From: Veleropilina oligotropha
Taxonomy: Eukaryota
Direction: 5' to 3'
DNA: 43,111 bases
NCBI GenBank assembly: GCA_048128005.1
Contig: JBEUKZ010000136.1
Coordinates: 1 to 43,111 of the forward strand
The translations under genes were made by a program, and so were the position numbers. The notes beneath the pieces are model-generated. The model saw only the letters and a program-made list of their open reading frames with translations, had not been told where the DNA came from and ran no database searches. This document shows, piece by piece, positions 11,544 to 23,666 of the stretch. Numbering within the stretch: position 1 is the first letter of the stretch; each line of letters begins with the position of its first letter.

Positions 11544-12384
11544 TAGATGTTTTTCGTGTACAAAATGAACCTCTTTCCACCAAACATATTGAAACTAACA
11601 CTGGTTTTTCGCAGGTGTGAGGCTACCATGAAACGAGTGCAATTTGTGCGGGGTTGCTTGCTGCCGAGATCACCGAAACTATGGTATGGCGAGTGAAAAG
11701 GACCATAATTGTCATATTATTAATATCGACTTCCTACCACTTACAACAATAATTTAGTAACTATGGAAAGTTGGTGGTGCTTAATTAACTTCCATTTAGT
11801 TGTCCATTTCATTTCTCGACCAATGAGAAAGCAGTATTTCTGGTCTGCTATTACCGAAGAAGACTTTCTATCAAGTCTTTTATTTGCAATACTAATTATT
11901 AGGGTTAAGGGTGACAGATCTACGGAGCCTCACAGAGGCCACAACGCAACATGTTACACAACACATTCCCACAACGCAACATGTTACACAACACATTCCC
12001 ACAACGCAACATGTTACACAACACATTCCCACAACGCAACATATTGCACAACACATTCCCACAACACATTCCCACAACACATTCCCACAACACATTCCCA
12101 CAACACATTCCCACAACGCAACATGTTACACAACACATTCCCACAACACATTCCCACAACGCAACATATTGCACAACACATTCCCACAACACATTCCCAC
12201 AACACATTCCCACAACACATTCCCACAACGCAACATATTGCACAACACATTCCCACAACGCAACATGTTGCACAACACATTCCCACAACACATTCTCACA
12301 ACGGAAGTAGGAAGGCGTGACGTATATGCATTCTATTGCCTATTGGAATCTTCCAGAAATATACACGTGCTAACCGTTTTTATA

Positions 12385-12606
12385 ATGGCGGATTTATTTC
12401 CCCTTCAATATCACAACTTTTCATCAGAAGAAGAGGTCATTATTGCCTATTTTCGGCAGGGATATCGTTACTCTGCAATCTGTATATTCTTATCGAGATA
12501 CCACGGCATCACGTTGAGCACGCGGACGCTTAAGCGACGACTTCAACAGTACGGTCTGAAGAGAGTACGTACTGATGCTCCCCATACCAGACAACAAACG
12601 CCTTGA
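12385..12606 (+). pseudogene. N-terminal HTH (Clr5-like) fragment of an IS3EU/integrase-core transposase
   Basis: MADLFPLQYHNFSSEEEVIIAYFRQGYRYSAICIFLSRYHGITLSTRTLKRRLQQYGLKR starts just inside the left TIR. It resembles the recalled N-terminus of invertebrate integrase-core transposases. No catalytic domain follows. Confidence 0.65.
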
Positions 12607-12709
12607 CAACCAGTAGCTTCTGGGAAAGAGGCCTATAGTTACAATCATTTCAGTAATAAGAGTATCACCTTTTGATCGCGCTACATCGTAATATTTTGCT
12701 ACAATGCTA

Positions 12710-14397
12710 CAAATCTACCCCCAACGGACCCATAATCTGTCTCATACACCCCCATATAGTTAAAATAAACATGAATTGCAAATTATTTTCATTTAGTTCA
12801 CCTTCGTTGGTCAAGTTTTATGCATCGGAATCGTGTGCGTAGTTTTCGCTGGCGGTATACAGACGCGTCATCGCAAACATATTGTGGTGGCTTTACTTTT
12901 TCAATTTGAATTAATATTGCGCAGTTAGTTAGAGTCCGCAATCTAGGCCTACGTAGTCCAAATCGGAAACCTGTTTCCGCGATTTGAACGTAGATTGCGC
13001 AATATTAATTCAAATTGACAAAAAACTACCATAATATGGTCAGCTATAATTATACTTTATTGTAATAGGTCTATTTATGTTTGTATACGGTGGCTCATAC
13101 CCGCCATATTAGAAGCATAATTTCCACCCCTTACATAATTTCAACCTCATACATAATTTGCACCTCGTATAAAATGTCCACCCCGTACAAAGTTTTCACC
13201 CCGTATAGAGAATTACCACCTCGTACAAAGTTTTCACCCCGTATACATAATTTCCACCTCGTACATAATTTTCACCCGGTACAAAGTTTTCACCCCGTAT
13301 ACATAATTTCCACCTCATACATAATTTTCACCCCGTACAAAGTTTACACCCCGTATACATAATTTCCACCTCGTACATAATTTTCACCCCGTACAAAGTT
13401 TTCACCCCGTATAGAATTTCCACCTCGTACATAATTTCCACCCCGTACATAATTTGAAGTTCGCTATGCGCTCGCATCCTGTCACGTGGTGACGACTGTC
13501 TGATATGTGACTACGCAAGCCAAACGCATCAGCTATCACGCACGCACACACATACGTGCACACACACACGTTACCTTATGTAATCCATGTAGACGGTAGC
13601 TGATGCGTTTGGTTGTCGCATATCAGACAGTCGTCACCACGTGACAGGATGCGAACGTATAGTGAACTTCAAATTATGTACGGGGTGGAAATTATGTACG
13701 AGGTGGAAATTCTATACGGGGCGAAAACTTTGTACGAGGTGGAAATTATGTATGAGGTGGAAATTATGTATGAGGTGGAAATTATGTATACTGGGTGAAA
13801 ACTTTGTACGAGGTGAAAAACTTTGTACGAGGTGGTAATTCTGTATACGGGGTGAAAACTTTGTACGAGGTGAAAACTTTATACGAGGTGAAAATTATGT
13901 ATGAGGTGGAAATTATGTATACGGGGTGAAAACTTTGTACGAGGTGGTAATTCTGTATACGGGGTGAAAACTTTGTACGAGGTGAAAACTTTATACGAGT
14001 TTGAAATTATGTAAGGGGTGGAAATTATGTTTCTAATATGGCGGGAATGAGCCACCGTATTTGTAAGATGTTTGTTAGCATAGTTATTGGGCTGTTTTGC
14101 GATAACGCGTCTGTATTCCGTCAGCGAAAACTACGCACGCGATTCCGATGCATAAAACTTGACAAACGAAGGCGAAATAAATGCATATTCATGTTTATTT
14201 TAACTAATTGGGGTGGATGAGGCAGATTGTGGGTCGATTGTGGTAGATTGGGGTAGATAAGAGTCGGAATGTTGAAATTAAATTGCTGAGAATACCGCAA
14301 GGCGCGCACGTGTTTCCGATTTGAAGTAGATTGCGGACACTGAACTGCGCAATATTCATTCAAATTGACAAAAAAGCTACCATAATATGGTCAGCTA
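12710..14397. repeat. Diverged foldback centred near 12971 and interrupted by the inner MITE
   Basis: 12710-12878 is the reverse complement of ~14095-14258 (tcaagttttatgcatcggaatcg / cgattccgatgcataaaacttga). 12880-12970 is inverse to 12972-13047, and the latter recurs directly at 14311-14397. Confidence 0.75.
13086..14059. mobile_element. Non-autonomous IS3EU-like foldback MITE
   Basis: Ends TACGGTGGCTCAT...ATGAGCCACCGTA with 6-bp TSD TTTGTA at 13080-13085 and 14060-14065. Arms of ~450-465 bp carry 18-22-bp units (cataatttccacctcgta / caaagttttcaccccgta) around a ~57-bp spacer. Confidence 0.85.
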
Positions 14398-15639
14398 ATT
14401 ATATTACATCACCAAATAATATATTATACACAATATAATATGAACGGGCCGAATCTACCCTGTTTTTTGTCAAAACGGGCCGAAACGACGCGGGCCATAA
14501 GGGAACAGGGTCGAATCTACTCTGGTCCGAAGACGTATCGGACAGAAACCACTCGAATTCATGCATAGACGTCACGCCTTCCTACTTCCGTTGTGAGAAT
14601 GTGTTGTGGGAATGTGTTGTGTAACATGTTGCGTTGTGGGAATGTGTTGTGCAATATGTTGCGTTGTGGGAGTGTGTTGTGTAACATGTTGCGTTGTGGG
14701 AATGTGTTGTGGGAATGTGTTGTGGGAATGTGTTGTGGGAATGTGTTGTGCAATATGTTGCGTTGTGGGAATGTGTTGTGGGAATGTGTTGTGGGAATGT
14801 GTTGTGTAACATGTTGCGTTGTGGGAATGTGTTGTGGGAATGTGTTGTGCAATATGTTGCGTTGTGGGAATGTGTTGTGTAACATGTTGCGTTGTAGGAA
14901 TGTGTTGTGTAACATGTTGCGTTGTGGGAATGTGTTGTGTAACATGTTGCGTTGTGGGAATGTGTTGTGTAACATGTTTTGCGTTGTGGGAATGTGTTGT
15001 GTAACATGTTGCGTTGTGGCCCCTGTGAGGCTCCGTACAGATCAAATATTCACATGCATCTGTTTAATATAATGATAAAAAGGTAAAATATGAAGTAATG
15101 AACATGTTTCAATAACATAAACAGTTTGCCAATTTGGACAAAACGAATGAATTTGTGAGGAGAAATCAAATGAGCGTCTAAGTTGGTTAGACGGCATCTT
15201 GTCGATAGATCGATATTTATTTTCCTCGTGAGGATATATATAACTAGAATACATATAAATACAAATTTCTGGTAGTATGAGGAAGGACGACAATTGAGTC
15301 TTGTGAAGACTGTTCCAATTAAGGTATTGTCGCCCCTTTAACAAGTTGATATGATTTTAGTAATGAAAATATAAACAATAACGTGTGACTACAAAATAAA
15401 TTTCATTGACAAATTTTTACGATTCGTTATACAAGTGTGATATTTAACATTTAGTATTTAACATAGTTTATTGAGTTATATTATGATAGTGATTTATTAA
15501 AATAGGTTATGAAATCAAATAAACTAAACTATAATGTTCATCAAGTGCTATTGACAAATGAAGTTGGATAATTATCCTGATGAGGTAGTAGATTTTGGGA
15601 GTAGGGATCAGCTTAAGAAAGGGGTAGATAAATATGCTG

Positions 15640-16250
15640 GCTATTTAATAATTACGAATTTTATTTTTTATAAAATTGTTGTGAAAGTTGTCATAGATCT
15701 CGAGTTTTTTAGTGTTATAGGTAGGCGACCCCACAAAGCTGGCACTTTGCAAAGCAATCTATTATTGTATTGTGACCTATTGTGGCGTTGGATTTGGGGA
15801 TCTTGTCTGTTCCTGGTATTATAATTATGGTTTTGTGAGTTTGACCAAAATATATTATATATTGGCGTCGGTAACATTTACATATTTACATATATCCAGT
15901 TCTATAAGGTCTTCCAATTTCAGTATATTTAATCTTTAGAATAAACCATTTGTGTGGGCATTATAATTTGCATTTGTGATATGTCTAACACATTTTTTTT
16001 GTAATTTAAACAAATTATTTAAGTGCATTTTCTTTACCATTGGCCCCCAAATGGACAGACCGTATGTAAGATGACATTGTATTGTGCTAAAGTAAAGCGA
16101 TCTTTTTGTTCATGTAGGAAGTTTATTTTTACAGCACTTATGACTGTACATTTATGACTGTACACTTATGACTGTACCTTAGTAATTTATTTATGATATA
16201 GTGATAATGGTCATTCCAGGTAAGATTTTCATCAATGACCAATCCTACGG
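15640..16250 (-). mobile_element. CR1-group LINE ORF2 3' fragment
   Basis: GLVIDENLTWNDH, HLTYGLSIWG, KLQKKCVRHI, HNYNTR and LWGRLPITLK motifs, with stops and frameshifts. Confidence 0.8.
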
Positions 16251-16453
16251 CTCGAATTCATTTTTAATAAGACTTTACAATCAGTCGTCTAACCTACACA
16301 TAAGTCATAACAATGTGTATAACCTGATTGCATGACGCACGAAGAGTTGTATACGTAATGAGACATGTTATGTTATAGTTTCTTGAAATAACGAGATTGA
16401 CTCGCATTACTTTTCAAACCAACTTCATCTTCCATCAGCTCTACGTCTCTCAT

Positions 16454-16816
16454 GTGTACCGATGGCCTGTATGATTAGTGAGGTGTGTGACGTCGCTCCT
16501 GTGTACCGATGGCCTGTATGATTAGTGAGGTGTGTGACGTCGCTCCTGTGTACCGATGGCCTGTATGATTAGTGAGGTGTGTGACGTCGCTTCTGTGTAC
16601 CGATGGCCTGTATGATTAGTGAGGTGTGTGACGTCGCTCCTGTGTACCGATGGCCTGTATGATTAGTGAGGTGTGTGACGTCGCTTCTGTGTACCGATGG
16701 CCTGTATGATTAGTGAGGTGTGTGACGTCGCTCCTGTGTACCGATGGCCTGTATGATTAGTGAGGTGTGTGACGTCGCTCCTGTGTACCGATGGCCTGTA
16801 TGATTAGTGAGGTGTG
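16454..16816. repeat. 47-bp minisatellite, about 7.7 near-identical copies
   Basis: Unit gtgtaccgatggcctgtatgattagtgaggtgtgtgacgtcgctYct starts at 16454, 16501, 16548 ... 16783. Confidence 0.95.
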
Positions 16817-17398
16817 GGACAGATAAAATAATACAATCTTGTGCTGTCTATATAAAGGTTGTCTGTGCTGGGATTCGAATAGATTACTCTATGTTTAGGA
16901 AGTTTCACGGCGTGCTAGTTTACTCTCTCCAGAATGGATGCTGGGCGTTCTCAGCAGACACATGTATGTGACAATAGCTTACATGTCATTCGCATTCAAA
17001 CGGATTTGTGTAGACACGTTCCTTAGAAATCAAGACATTAAGCAATCTATAGAAAAGCTTTATCAACACCATTATATAGCCCTCGATCTGTTGCATGTTT
17101 GCAACGAGGAACATATTTATTGGCAGATAATGTTCCGTGTGTCGTTGATTCTGGGACAAACACCTTGTATTTGATTCAATACAGGATGAACACTCTGGAT
17201 CATTGTGTATCGTGTGTGCCTTTAATTGTTTAACTTTGTCGGAATATAATCGAATAGGAGATTTATTTGGTAAATTTAACCGTGTTTTTTTCATAGAGCA
17301 GATTTTCAATGATACAGCATAATCTGAGGTGAAGTCGTACATATTAATATTAATAATTATCTTACTATCATGGCACTCACATGTAACAAAATACTCAA

Positions 17399-18455
17399 TT
17401 TTACCTTCACCCACATAGAAGTGAGAGAAGGTATTGCAATTGGGTCGGTCTGTCTGTCCGTCCGCGAGAATACTCATTTTTTGACACGAGATGGGACATT
17501 AGCTAGGTTGAGTAGTTGAGCCTTTTGATATTTACAGGTTGCTGAAATTTTTATTTAAAAAAATGGCGGATATAAGATTGACATAGACTATAATGGGCGA
17601 CGCCTGTGCCCGGAGCATATCTTCTAAATTGCACATGCTAGATTCACGAAACTTGGTACGCACATTAATTAGGTTGAGTAGTTGTGCCTTTTGTTATTTT
17701 CTGGTTTTTGAATTTTTATTTGTTTAAAGTTACTGCTATAAAATTGACATAGACTACAATGAACGAAGGCATCGAATGGGTTGTGCGACGCCTTTGTCTG
17801 GAGCAGATCTCCCAAATCATGCAAGATAGCTTGACGAAACATGATACACATATTAAGTCTAGGTTGAGGACTTGTGCCTTTTGCTAGTTTCAGGTTTCTG
17901 AAATTTTTATTTAAAAAATGGCGGATATTAGTTTGACTATAATGGGCGACGCCTTTGTCCAGAGAATATCTGCCAAACCGTACAAGCTAGCATCTCAAAA
18001 CTTGGTACAAACATTAACTAAGTTAAGTGGTTGTGCCTTTTGCTATTTTGTTCCTGAAATTTTTATTTTTACAAATAACTGGCAGATATAAGATTGACAT
18101 ATGATGATAGACTATAATGTGCGACACTTTTGACCGGAGCATATATCCCAAACCGTACCAATTGTCTTCACGAAACTTGGTACACACACTAACTAGGTTT
18201 AGTAGTTATGCATTTTGCTACTTTTACATTTCTGAAATATATATTTTTACAAAATTGCTGATATAATTAAGATTGACCTGGATTACAATGATGACAAGCA
18301 CCGAACAGAGTGTGCAAAATATTTTTTTTAATTATGCTTTGGAGTATTGATATTTAATTTTTGAAGTGTAACTTTATTTCTTTTGCTTACTTATGTAAAT
18401 ATTATGTATGTACGATGAAAGGGACGTGATTATCTGTAAGACTTTCTCACCTTGA
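17399..18455 (+). mobile_element. Helentron-type element carrying about 4.5 tandem core repeats of ~165-190 bp
   Basis: 5' ttttaccttcacc...gaaggtatt inverted motif, (GTCT/GTCC)n microsatellite, recurring cores with gaaacttggtac...ggttgagtagttgtgccttttg, and a degenerate 3' sub-terminal repeat gatgaaagg. Confidence 0.75.
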
Positions 18456-18668
18456 TCAGGTACAGTAAGCTGTTAAGCTTATTCGTCACTATGTGAAGCT
18501 GGGATTATCAAAACAGATGAATTGGATGGATTTTGAAAACTTACTTCCTCATTGATTTATTCCATGGGTATCTTAAAATGGGATGGTATGTTGCCATTAC
18601 AAGAACAGACTGTATGTCCAGTGTCTAATATCACTCTCCTTAACTGGCTAGGGTTCATATATAATTGA

Positions 18669-18837
18669 ATCCCCAGACTATAGTCGGAGATATTTTGGTT
18701 TAGTCATCGTTACGCCTCAGCGTCGGCAGATATTTCTTAGTTTTAAAGAATTATGGCGGATAGAACATTGACATAGATTATAATTATTGAAAGCATCGAA
18801 CTGGGGTATGTAAGCTGTGCTTACTTCTTTCTTGTTT
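18669..18837 (+). mobile_element. Minimal Helentron-type element
   Basis: 5' atccccag-actatagtc, 3' ctggggtat, then hairpin gtaagc-tgt-gcttac and cttgtt. The interior resembles the adjacent core repeat. Confidence 0.6.
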
Positions 18838-20204
18838 TAAATCTTTAGAAATAGGTTGCATTATAAATATTGTGTTGCTACAAGGCGTTTCATTTCATGT
18901 CAAAAATGATAATATTTCATTGTTTATTTCACGCAATTTGCTGAATTTCACACAACCTCAGTCAAAATTTTACCTGGCATAAAAACTTGGGTCATGGCCA
19001 CATTTGTATTTGATGATAACATACTTGTAAACGCGAAACAAGGAAAGCGGGAGCGATCGCTGAGATAATTAGCCCGGATAAATAGAAGCTATGTGGCTAA
19101 CACGAATATTACGTTGTTAAAGCCGAAAAAGATAAATATTGGTTTGTTGTTACGGACAAATAAGTTTAAGGAACGTCTCCCGTGTGACTCATTAGATGCA
19201 ATGAGTTCAGTAAGAAGAGAACGGCGTTACCTTGCTGACGAAAAGTGAGCGATATCGCGTCAGCTTGAGTTACGTGCACAAACATTCACTCAAATACGCC
19301 ATGAAGCTAAATATTTACCCCATCCCGTAATGTTATTCAGGTTGTGTAAACCTACTTTGTTAAGGGTTCAATTATAAAACAATTAAATAAAATGTTATAT
19401 TAGATAAACTATAAATATTTCAATAAATGTAATGTCATAAATTAGTACAAAAAACATATCTGAAATGACTTTCAGCAAAAATGACAAGGCAGGCAAGTAT
19501 TTTGGTATCTATTAAGATTTGCAGTCTCACCGTGAATTTGATAAAAGTGTCAACCACTGAGTAAATCTGCATAAATATTATCCATATGATTAGAAAGTAT
19601 CAAAACGTTAATCGTATACAGCGATGCATGCTTGCGAAAATCGTATTGAAGCGTTGTTGACAATCCATTGACAATCCCATAAGTAATTTTCTACTGTTAT
19701 ATTGGTTGGTTGTGACAAGGTAAGCTATTACATTTGAAGGCGGATATATATTGCACAAATGGCTTCATTAATTAAAGTTTAGAAGACGTAGGCAAATAAT
19801 CACACATTACACACTAATTGCACGGTGTTTCTTTCTTCATTGCTAATTGCGTTACCGTATCACGGGCTGGTACAAAATACAAAGCGGCAGGTGAAGCAAA
19901 TGGGTCAAGTGGATGCTGTTTGTTGATTCCAGGTAAATATCACGGGTCGTTATTGCAGAGCCTGTACCATATACCTAGCTGTTACCACGCCAAAAAGAGT
20001 CCATTGAAAATATGTTCATTTGCATGAGGTTTGGATTTAAATATTAAACCAGAATTGATAGTAATATTATATCGGAAAATGCTACTGCGATAATGCATGC
20101 AGGCCATATCATCCCTATTTGAAAAGGACCTTAAAGTATTGTTCGGTTGATTCTTTGATTGTTTGTTTTTAGATCTTATATAAACTCATCATGAAGGTAC
20201 TTTG

Positions 20205-20693
20205 TGATATTATTGTATTGTGTCGATTTGTATCTCGCACGCCAAAAACACTTTAGGGCAATGCTCACTCCAAGAGTTATTTCAATTCACTAAGCTCGAA
20301 ATTATATTTGAGTTTTTAAAACAGGTAAATATTTTTTACAAGTTATAATTTTATATTTTATTTCACAAATTTGATATCTTGTTTTTAGTATTATACTTGT
20401 TTTTTATTTTATTGCTTTGCATATTTATATCGTTTTAACCTGTAAATATACCATGTTATGTTCCCTTTTATTGATTTGCTTTTATCCAAATTTGCATTGC
20501 CTATTTTATTTGTAAATATATTGATTTGTTTTTATTATTTTTCACATCTGTTTTATGTTATTGATATTTTATTATTAAATATGTATCACAACTTTTATTA
20601 TTTTATATTAAACTATTATATAATTAACTTGACCGACCCGATTATGGACATTATAGTGTCGGCGTGGTCGTTAAACATCAATTCAAATTCAAA
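20205..20693 (+). mobile_element. Second I/Nimb-group LINE 3' end with T-rich 3' UTR
   Basis: CVDLYLARQKHF..LQELFQFTKLEIIFEFLKQVNIFYKL* (TAA 20346-20348) and tail gtcggcgtggtcgttaaacatcaattcaaattcaaa. Confidence 0.7.
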
Positions 20694-21319
20694 CACTTTG
20701 TGATATCAATGAACTTGGCGTGTTTTATTTATTAATCTTGATTTCCGTTACTTTATGAAAGTAGTTTTATATACACTTTCGAATTTCGGTAAAAACATTA
20801 CTAATAATAAAATATTTGAAGATAATTTAAGCATAATTTATTTCATGTTAAAAATAGACTGTTTTTGCTTCCTTGTTCTTTTATATATATGCCGTGTTTG
20901 TATGGAATGAGATGATGTCATCTAGGTTAATAATTGTTTTATTTGACCATCTTGCGTAATATTTATTTATTTGCTTCATTATGAGCAAACACTATTTGCA
21001 TATATTAATTATTGAGAAATATATGTGGGTCGAATTGTCCTACCCTGAAAAATACCACGGTCTCTCTCCTAGTCGGAATTGTCATAGTCCCAATTGTTCG
21101 CAATCCCAATCTTCCTACATACGTATGGAACCAACGCGGAATATGGACACATACCAAGTGGTTGAAATAAAGATATTATATATGTTTAATGACAATATGC
21201 GTTAGTCAGATAGAGTACCGTTCCATGAAATAACAGGGCCTGCGATATACTGACAACCTGACATGAATCAGCGTCGGGTATGACTGATGAGTCGAATCTT
21301 ATTTAATCGAGGCAAGCAA

Positions 21320-21555
21320 TTGGATTGGACCGATGCTTAATATTATGTATATTTATAACCATCAGGTTCAAGGCAGGACATGCCCGTATTCTCGCGGGAT
21401 GAAAGTCAGGTCGCCCGGGGTAACCCACCCTGTCCGACCAGTTACGGACAACTGTGATTCATAACTGAACAAGTAATGCCAATGTTCCAACCGAGAATCG
21501 AACTGACTACTGTTCGTGCCAGCGGAATCAAGCCTGTTATTTCAGCATTCAATCT
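21320..21555 (-). mobile_element. SINE copy (same family as 23667-23925)
   Basis: atgcttaat...accatcaggttcaaggcaggacatg...gtcgcccggggtaacccaccc...ggacaactgtgattcataact...actactgttcg. Confidence 0.85.
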
Positions 21556-23666
21556 ACTAGTATTTACATCTGCAAGATTGTTGTTTAACGATCACGCCTA
21601 CAATAAATAACAGATATTGCGCATGCAGCTGATTAAAAAGTAGCGTATTTATTAAAGCTTAGTGCATAACCATCGTGGCCAACATGCTGCATACACATCC
21701 AAATTCATGATAAATTAATGAATTGGGACTTCAATGAATAGCAATATGTCAAGAATTTGCCTTGGGCGCAAGACATCATTTTCTTTTTCAAACAGATGGC
21801 CTTAATCGACGGCACACAAAGAAGAACACACTTCCTACCTTGAAGTTCAAAATGCAGTTCAAAAGTCTGCTGAATTTCGTACTACACTAAAATATTTGCT
21901 CGGAAATGCTTGGAAGTTTTATCTGTTTCACAGGGTGCAACCCAATGTCCTCAGTTGCTTGGATAAGAGTCGCCTAAGTCTATTGTTTCATGGTTTATTA
22001 TATTGGCAAAAACTCACATTTATCATTGATTAACCATAATTTGGCATGCAGTGCGGCCGTAAAGCAGACAAGCAATATTGATTGTACACGATATTCCACA
22101 TCGCGATTATTTGATTCTCTGTCTTGTTAGAAAGACTGGAAGTGCGTACGCTCTATATGACATATCAAAGGCCCGTGAGCAGACGCGTCTTAAATCTATA
22201 TTTCATTTCCATAATAAAATATCCAATTTGAGATATAAATCTAAGATTTTACACTATTGGGAATTCACTTATCGATGGTTGTATAGGCATATCATTCTTT
22301 TAAAAGCAAGAAAGAACATATTTACAATGTTGCGATATCATTTACCAGTATTAAAACTGAGTAATATTGATAAATTAATATTAAATTGAATGGACAAGAT
22401 GAAATAACGCATATGCCTTATTTATCACTGAATATTGTAAATTTTCTCCGAATCTCTCTGTTTTTGTCTCACCCCGTATTGAAAAGAGTTTTCGGCACGA
22501 AAATGACTGTAACCATTTGACCAGTTTGTAAGCGAAAATTGAAACACACTCGCCCCGTTGATCATTACAAGAGAGAAAACGCAAGCAGATGGATCGTGTA
22601 GTAGTTATTCGCACTCCGGAAACAAACGAGTGAACCCTTCCGGTCTGTCCAATATTTTTTTCATAAAAATGACCAAACCGACGTAATAAACTAAAACAGA
22701 GGCGAAAATATATAAAAGAATTACGTGGCACCATTTTTCAAGATCTTCCATACAGTGTTTAAATTTTCTTTTACAATATTCGTAATCATTTATTAATATA
22801 GAAAATTCCTTATCGATATTGAAAATTTATTGTTCAAAATTGAAAATATATTCATCAATATTGAAAATTTATTATTCAATATTTTTAATGTATTTAAAGT
22901 TGCATTGCCCGTGATTAGCGAAAAATGCTTTTAATTATACCCTAGACCACAAATGTATTTTACTTAGCCAACGTAGGAAACTCTGTAATTTTCCAAAAAT
23001 ATCTATAGACAGGATCCCAGCAGCGCCTACAAATTAAAATTAAAAGATAATTAAACTCGGTCCGGTTTTATTATGAGTGACGTACATTTTTGTCGATTGG
23101 GCACTGCCGAAGTTAACTTGGGCATCGTGGAAAGTTGAGCTGCAACATTTTTAATGATGCACTATTTTAATATGTCACATCGCATGCAATTTATATAAAT
23201 ACATTTTCATATTTGAAGAAAGGTCTGCGTGTGTCGATGAAAAGTCAAACTAATCAAGTTGGGATGAAACGCTGTTGGAAGAATTAAACGGATTTCCACC
23301 AAAATGGCCGCCGTTGAATGTAATATTTCACTATTGGGCAGCGATTTCAATGGTGATTTTGTTATTATAAAATAGCAAACAATGTTTGTTCTTCCATTTT
23401 GAATCATTTTTGTAACATCTACATAAATATAAGTATGACATTGTAGGGCAATATGCGATCATTACGGGCAATACAACTTTAACAATTTTGAAAAAAATAT
23501 TTACCAATATCAAAAATGCGTTTCTCGATTGAAATGATTTTCGTCACGTTTGAAATTTAATTCTCAATATTGCAAATTCAAATTTAAAAATATAGCCATG
23601 TCTGTGCGATACCGGTCTATAAAACACCGGCTCCATTGCACACAGCGGCAATCATCATTCATAGAG

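Larger units (their letters stand above)
11921..15037 (+). mobile_element. IS3EU-like DNA transposon, internally deleted, with minisatellite-filled long TIRs
   Basis: Ends TACGGAGCCTCACAG...CTGTGAGGCTCCGTA with 6-bp TSD CAGATC at 11915-11920 and 15038-15043. TIRs ~11921-12330 and ~14561-15037 are built of 13-bp ACAACACATTCCC and 17-bp ACAACGCAACATRTTRC units. Confidence 0.8.

Noticed and set aside
11070..11568. Plus-strand ORFs over the Tc1 relic (also 33241-33804)
   Set aside because: Antisense shadows of transposase sequence.
11899..11912. Telomere-like ttagggttaaggg next to the IS3EU-like TSD
   Set aside because: Only one perfect unit; expected by chance.
11921..15037. Maverick/Polinton or LTR element as the source of the 6-bp TSD
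   Set aside because: The termini are TAC..GTA inverted repeats rather than AG..CT or TG..CA direct LTRs, and no polymerase, capsid or gag-pol remnants are visible.
11763..15072. Many long His/Thr/Cys-rich ORFs on both strands
   Set aside because: They are translations of the stop-free TIR minisatellite in every frame, not proteins.
16454..16816. CRISPR-like regular array (also 31840-31947 and 13120-13450)
   Set aside because: Units are head-to-tail with no unique spacers, there are no cas genes, and the context is eukaryotic.
16986..17477. 163-aa minus-strand ORF
   Set aside because: It starts inside a Helentron-type terminus, has no recognisable domain and no compatible splice pattern.
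18545..18625. Possible exon ending AA|gtaagt
   Set aside because: Weak acceptor, and the longest open frame ends in phase 2, incompatible with the phase-1 CBM14 exon.
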